Part shown: positions 63,033 through 64,000 of the stretch, in pieces
Position numbering within the stretch: position 1 is the first letter of the stretch
How the letters are laid out: each line of letters begins with the position of its first letter
IMG/VR virus record: IMGVR_UViG_3300028591_000188
Coordinates: 1-64,000 of that record
Source: a virus
Lineage: Duplodnaviria; Caudoviricetes
Strand: one strand, 5' to 3'
Length of the DNA stretch: 64,000 bases
The notes under the pieces: model-generated
The model's database searches: none
The model's input: only the letters and a program-made list of their open reading frames with translations
Told to the model about the DNA's origin: nothing
Program-made: the position numbers and the translations under genes

Positions 63033-64000
63033 CGTTTTGTTACATACAAGCTCTTTATCTTGTACTCTCCTTCTTTCAAAGGAGTATCGGACTATATCAT
63101 CACTTTGTATCTCTACAAAGGCAGGGCACTCTTGTCTGATTTATTGTTTAAGCTACTCATCAGTTAGTCTCTGAACCTTCTACATACTTTTATGCTTTTC
63201 TGTAGCTTGGCTGCTGATTGGCATAGATAGCAAATCCTTAGCTTTCCAGCAATTCACCCTGTTTATTGTGGCCAATGATTTTATAATTCATTTCAGGACA
63301 TACAAATTCTTTTATAATATCTACAAACTTGTTATAGTCTTTTTGTATTAAATACAATATTTCTTTATCTTTATTTTTATGTATATGTACAGTAAGACCA
63401 AAATTCTTAATCATCATATCTTGTAATTTAAGTTGACTATTATGATTAAAACCGTTTGTACTAAAGTAAGCTCCTGTTGGATGATGTATTGCTCCATCAT
63501 CCATATACCATATAGCTAATCCTATAGGACCTAATTCATATATAGTATCTGGAACTTCTTTCTTGGGATTATACCAATCTTCTCTATATTTATTAAAAGA
63601 TTGGTTTACTTTGGTAACTATTTGACAATATCCATTGTCTTTAATAATTCTTCCATTTATTATTCCGTTTCTGTAAGAATTTGTACGTTCACTATACTTA
63701 ACGTGAAGTCCACTTTGTTCAAACAGTTTATACTTATGTAATACATATTGTTTTTGAACTAGACTGTGCCTTACTACCAAAATACAATTTGTTCTCTTTC
63801 TTATTATAGAACCATCTCCTAACATTGAACCTAAAATAAGTTGATTTGCCATAGGAGATATTTCTATAGGAGGTTGAGTACATAATATTTTGTTTCTTAA
63901 GGCAAGTTTCTCTGAAAAAGAGAAAGTTTTAATATTTTCTCTTTCAATAAAATCTCTCATATCTTTGAGAGGTTCATTAAACATTGTAGATAAATTACAA
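63033..64000 (-). mobile_element. Group I (IA-like) intron with homing endonuclease, 5' end outside window
   Basis: P AATTGCTGGAAA (63243-54), Q AATCAGCAG (63211-19), R GTTCAGAGACTA (63165-76), S GATATAGTCC (63089-98), P3 CAGGGT/GCCCTG, and 3' end ..TAACAAAACG. Confidence 0.92.
63238..63984 (-). CDS. LAGLIDADG homing endonuclease (two-motif type)
   Basis: ILGSMLGDGSI and LAIWYMDDG; the frame stays open to the window edge, so the true start may be upstream. Confidence 0.92.
   Translation of the reverse strand: MFNEPLKDMRDFIERENIKTFSFSEKLALRNKILCTQPPIEISPMANQLILGSMLGDGSIIRKRTNCILVVRHSLVQKQYVLHKYKLFEQSGLHVKYSERTNSYRNGIINGRIIKDNGYCQIVTKVNQSFNKYREDWYNPKKEVPDTIYELGPIGLAIWYMDDGAIHHPTGAYFSTNGFNHNSQLKLQDMMIKNFGLTVHIHKNKDKEILYLIQKDYNKFVDIIKEFVCPEMNYKIIGHNKQGELLES

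Noticed and set aside
1-64000. tRNA genes (especially a CTA suppressor), CRISPR arrays, reverse transcriptase/DGR, invertible repeats
   Set aside because: No T-loop/cloverleaf, repeat-spacer pattern, RT motif or paired TR/VR was seen by eye. tRNAscan-SE, ARAGORN and a self-alignment would be needed to exclude divergent cases.

Overview
Part of a crAss-like (Crassvirales) Bacteroidota phage genome. Left half (1-31956): virion and ejection genes in which TAG is read as Gln (code 15), so the supplied standard-code ORF track shatters them. Re-read with TAG=Gln they form six long genes. On the + strand: tail stabilisation protein (<1-4725), cargo C1-like (4835-8308), C2-like (8327-10225) and a 2406-aa cargo/RNAP-associated protein (10232-17452). 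Converging on these from the - strand: a 3419-aa virion RNA polymerase polyprotein (21697-31956, DYDID catalytic motif) and a 1390-aa partner (17523-21695). Right half (32094-64000, all - strand): early, accessory and replication genes that almost never use TAG (ThyX, Pnk, RNA ligase, PolA, dUTPase, NrdD/G, exonuclease, UDG, rIIA/rIIB, primase, AAA ATPase). Highlights the ORF track does not show: (1) an ORF-less 239-nt group I intron with a non-canonical P7 splitting rIIA inside its GHKL motif; (2) a second group I intron with a LAGLIDADG endonuclease in the AAA-ATPase gene; (3) a ~173-nt multi-stem candidate ncRNA directly after the RNA ligase-Pnk repair pair; (4) a small replication-module gene that needs two TAG read-throughs; (5) ART, zincin, a possibly macro-like domain and a PD-(D/E)XK nuclease fused ahead of the RNAP core. 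No tRNA or CRISPR array was seen. All family calls come from motif recognition by eye, not database searches. For the long recoded genes I confirmed that all track fragments share one frame and read many, but not all, of the intervening codons.
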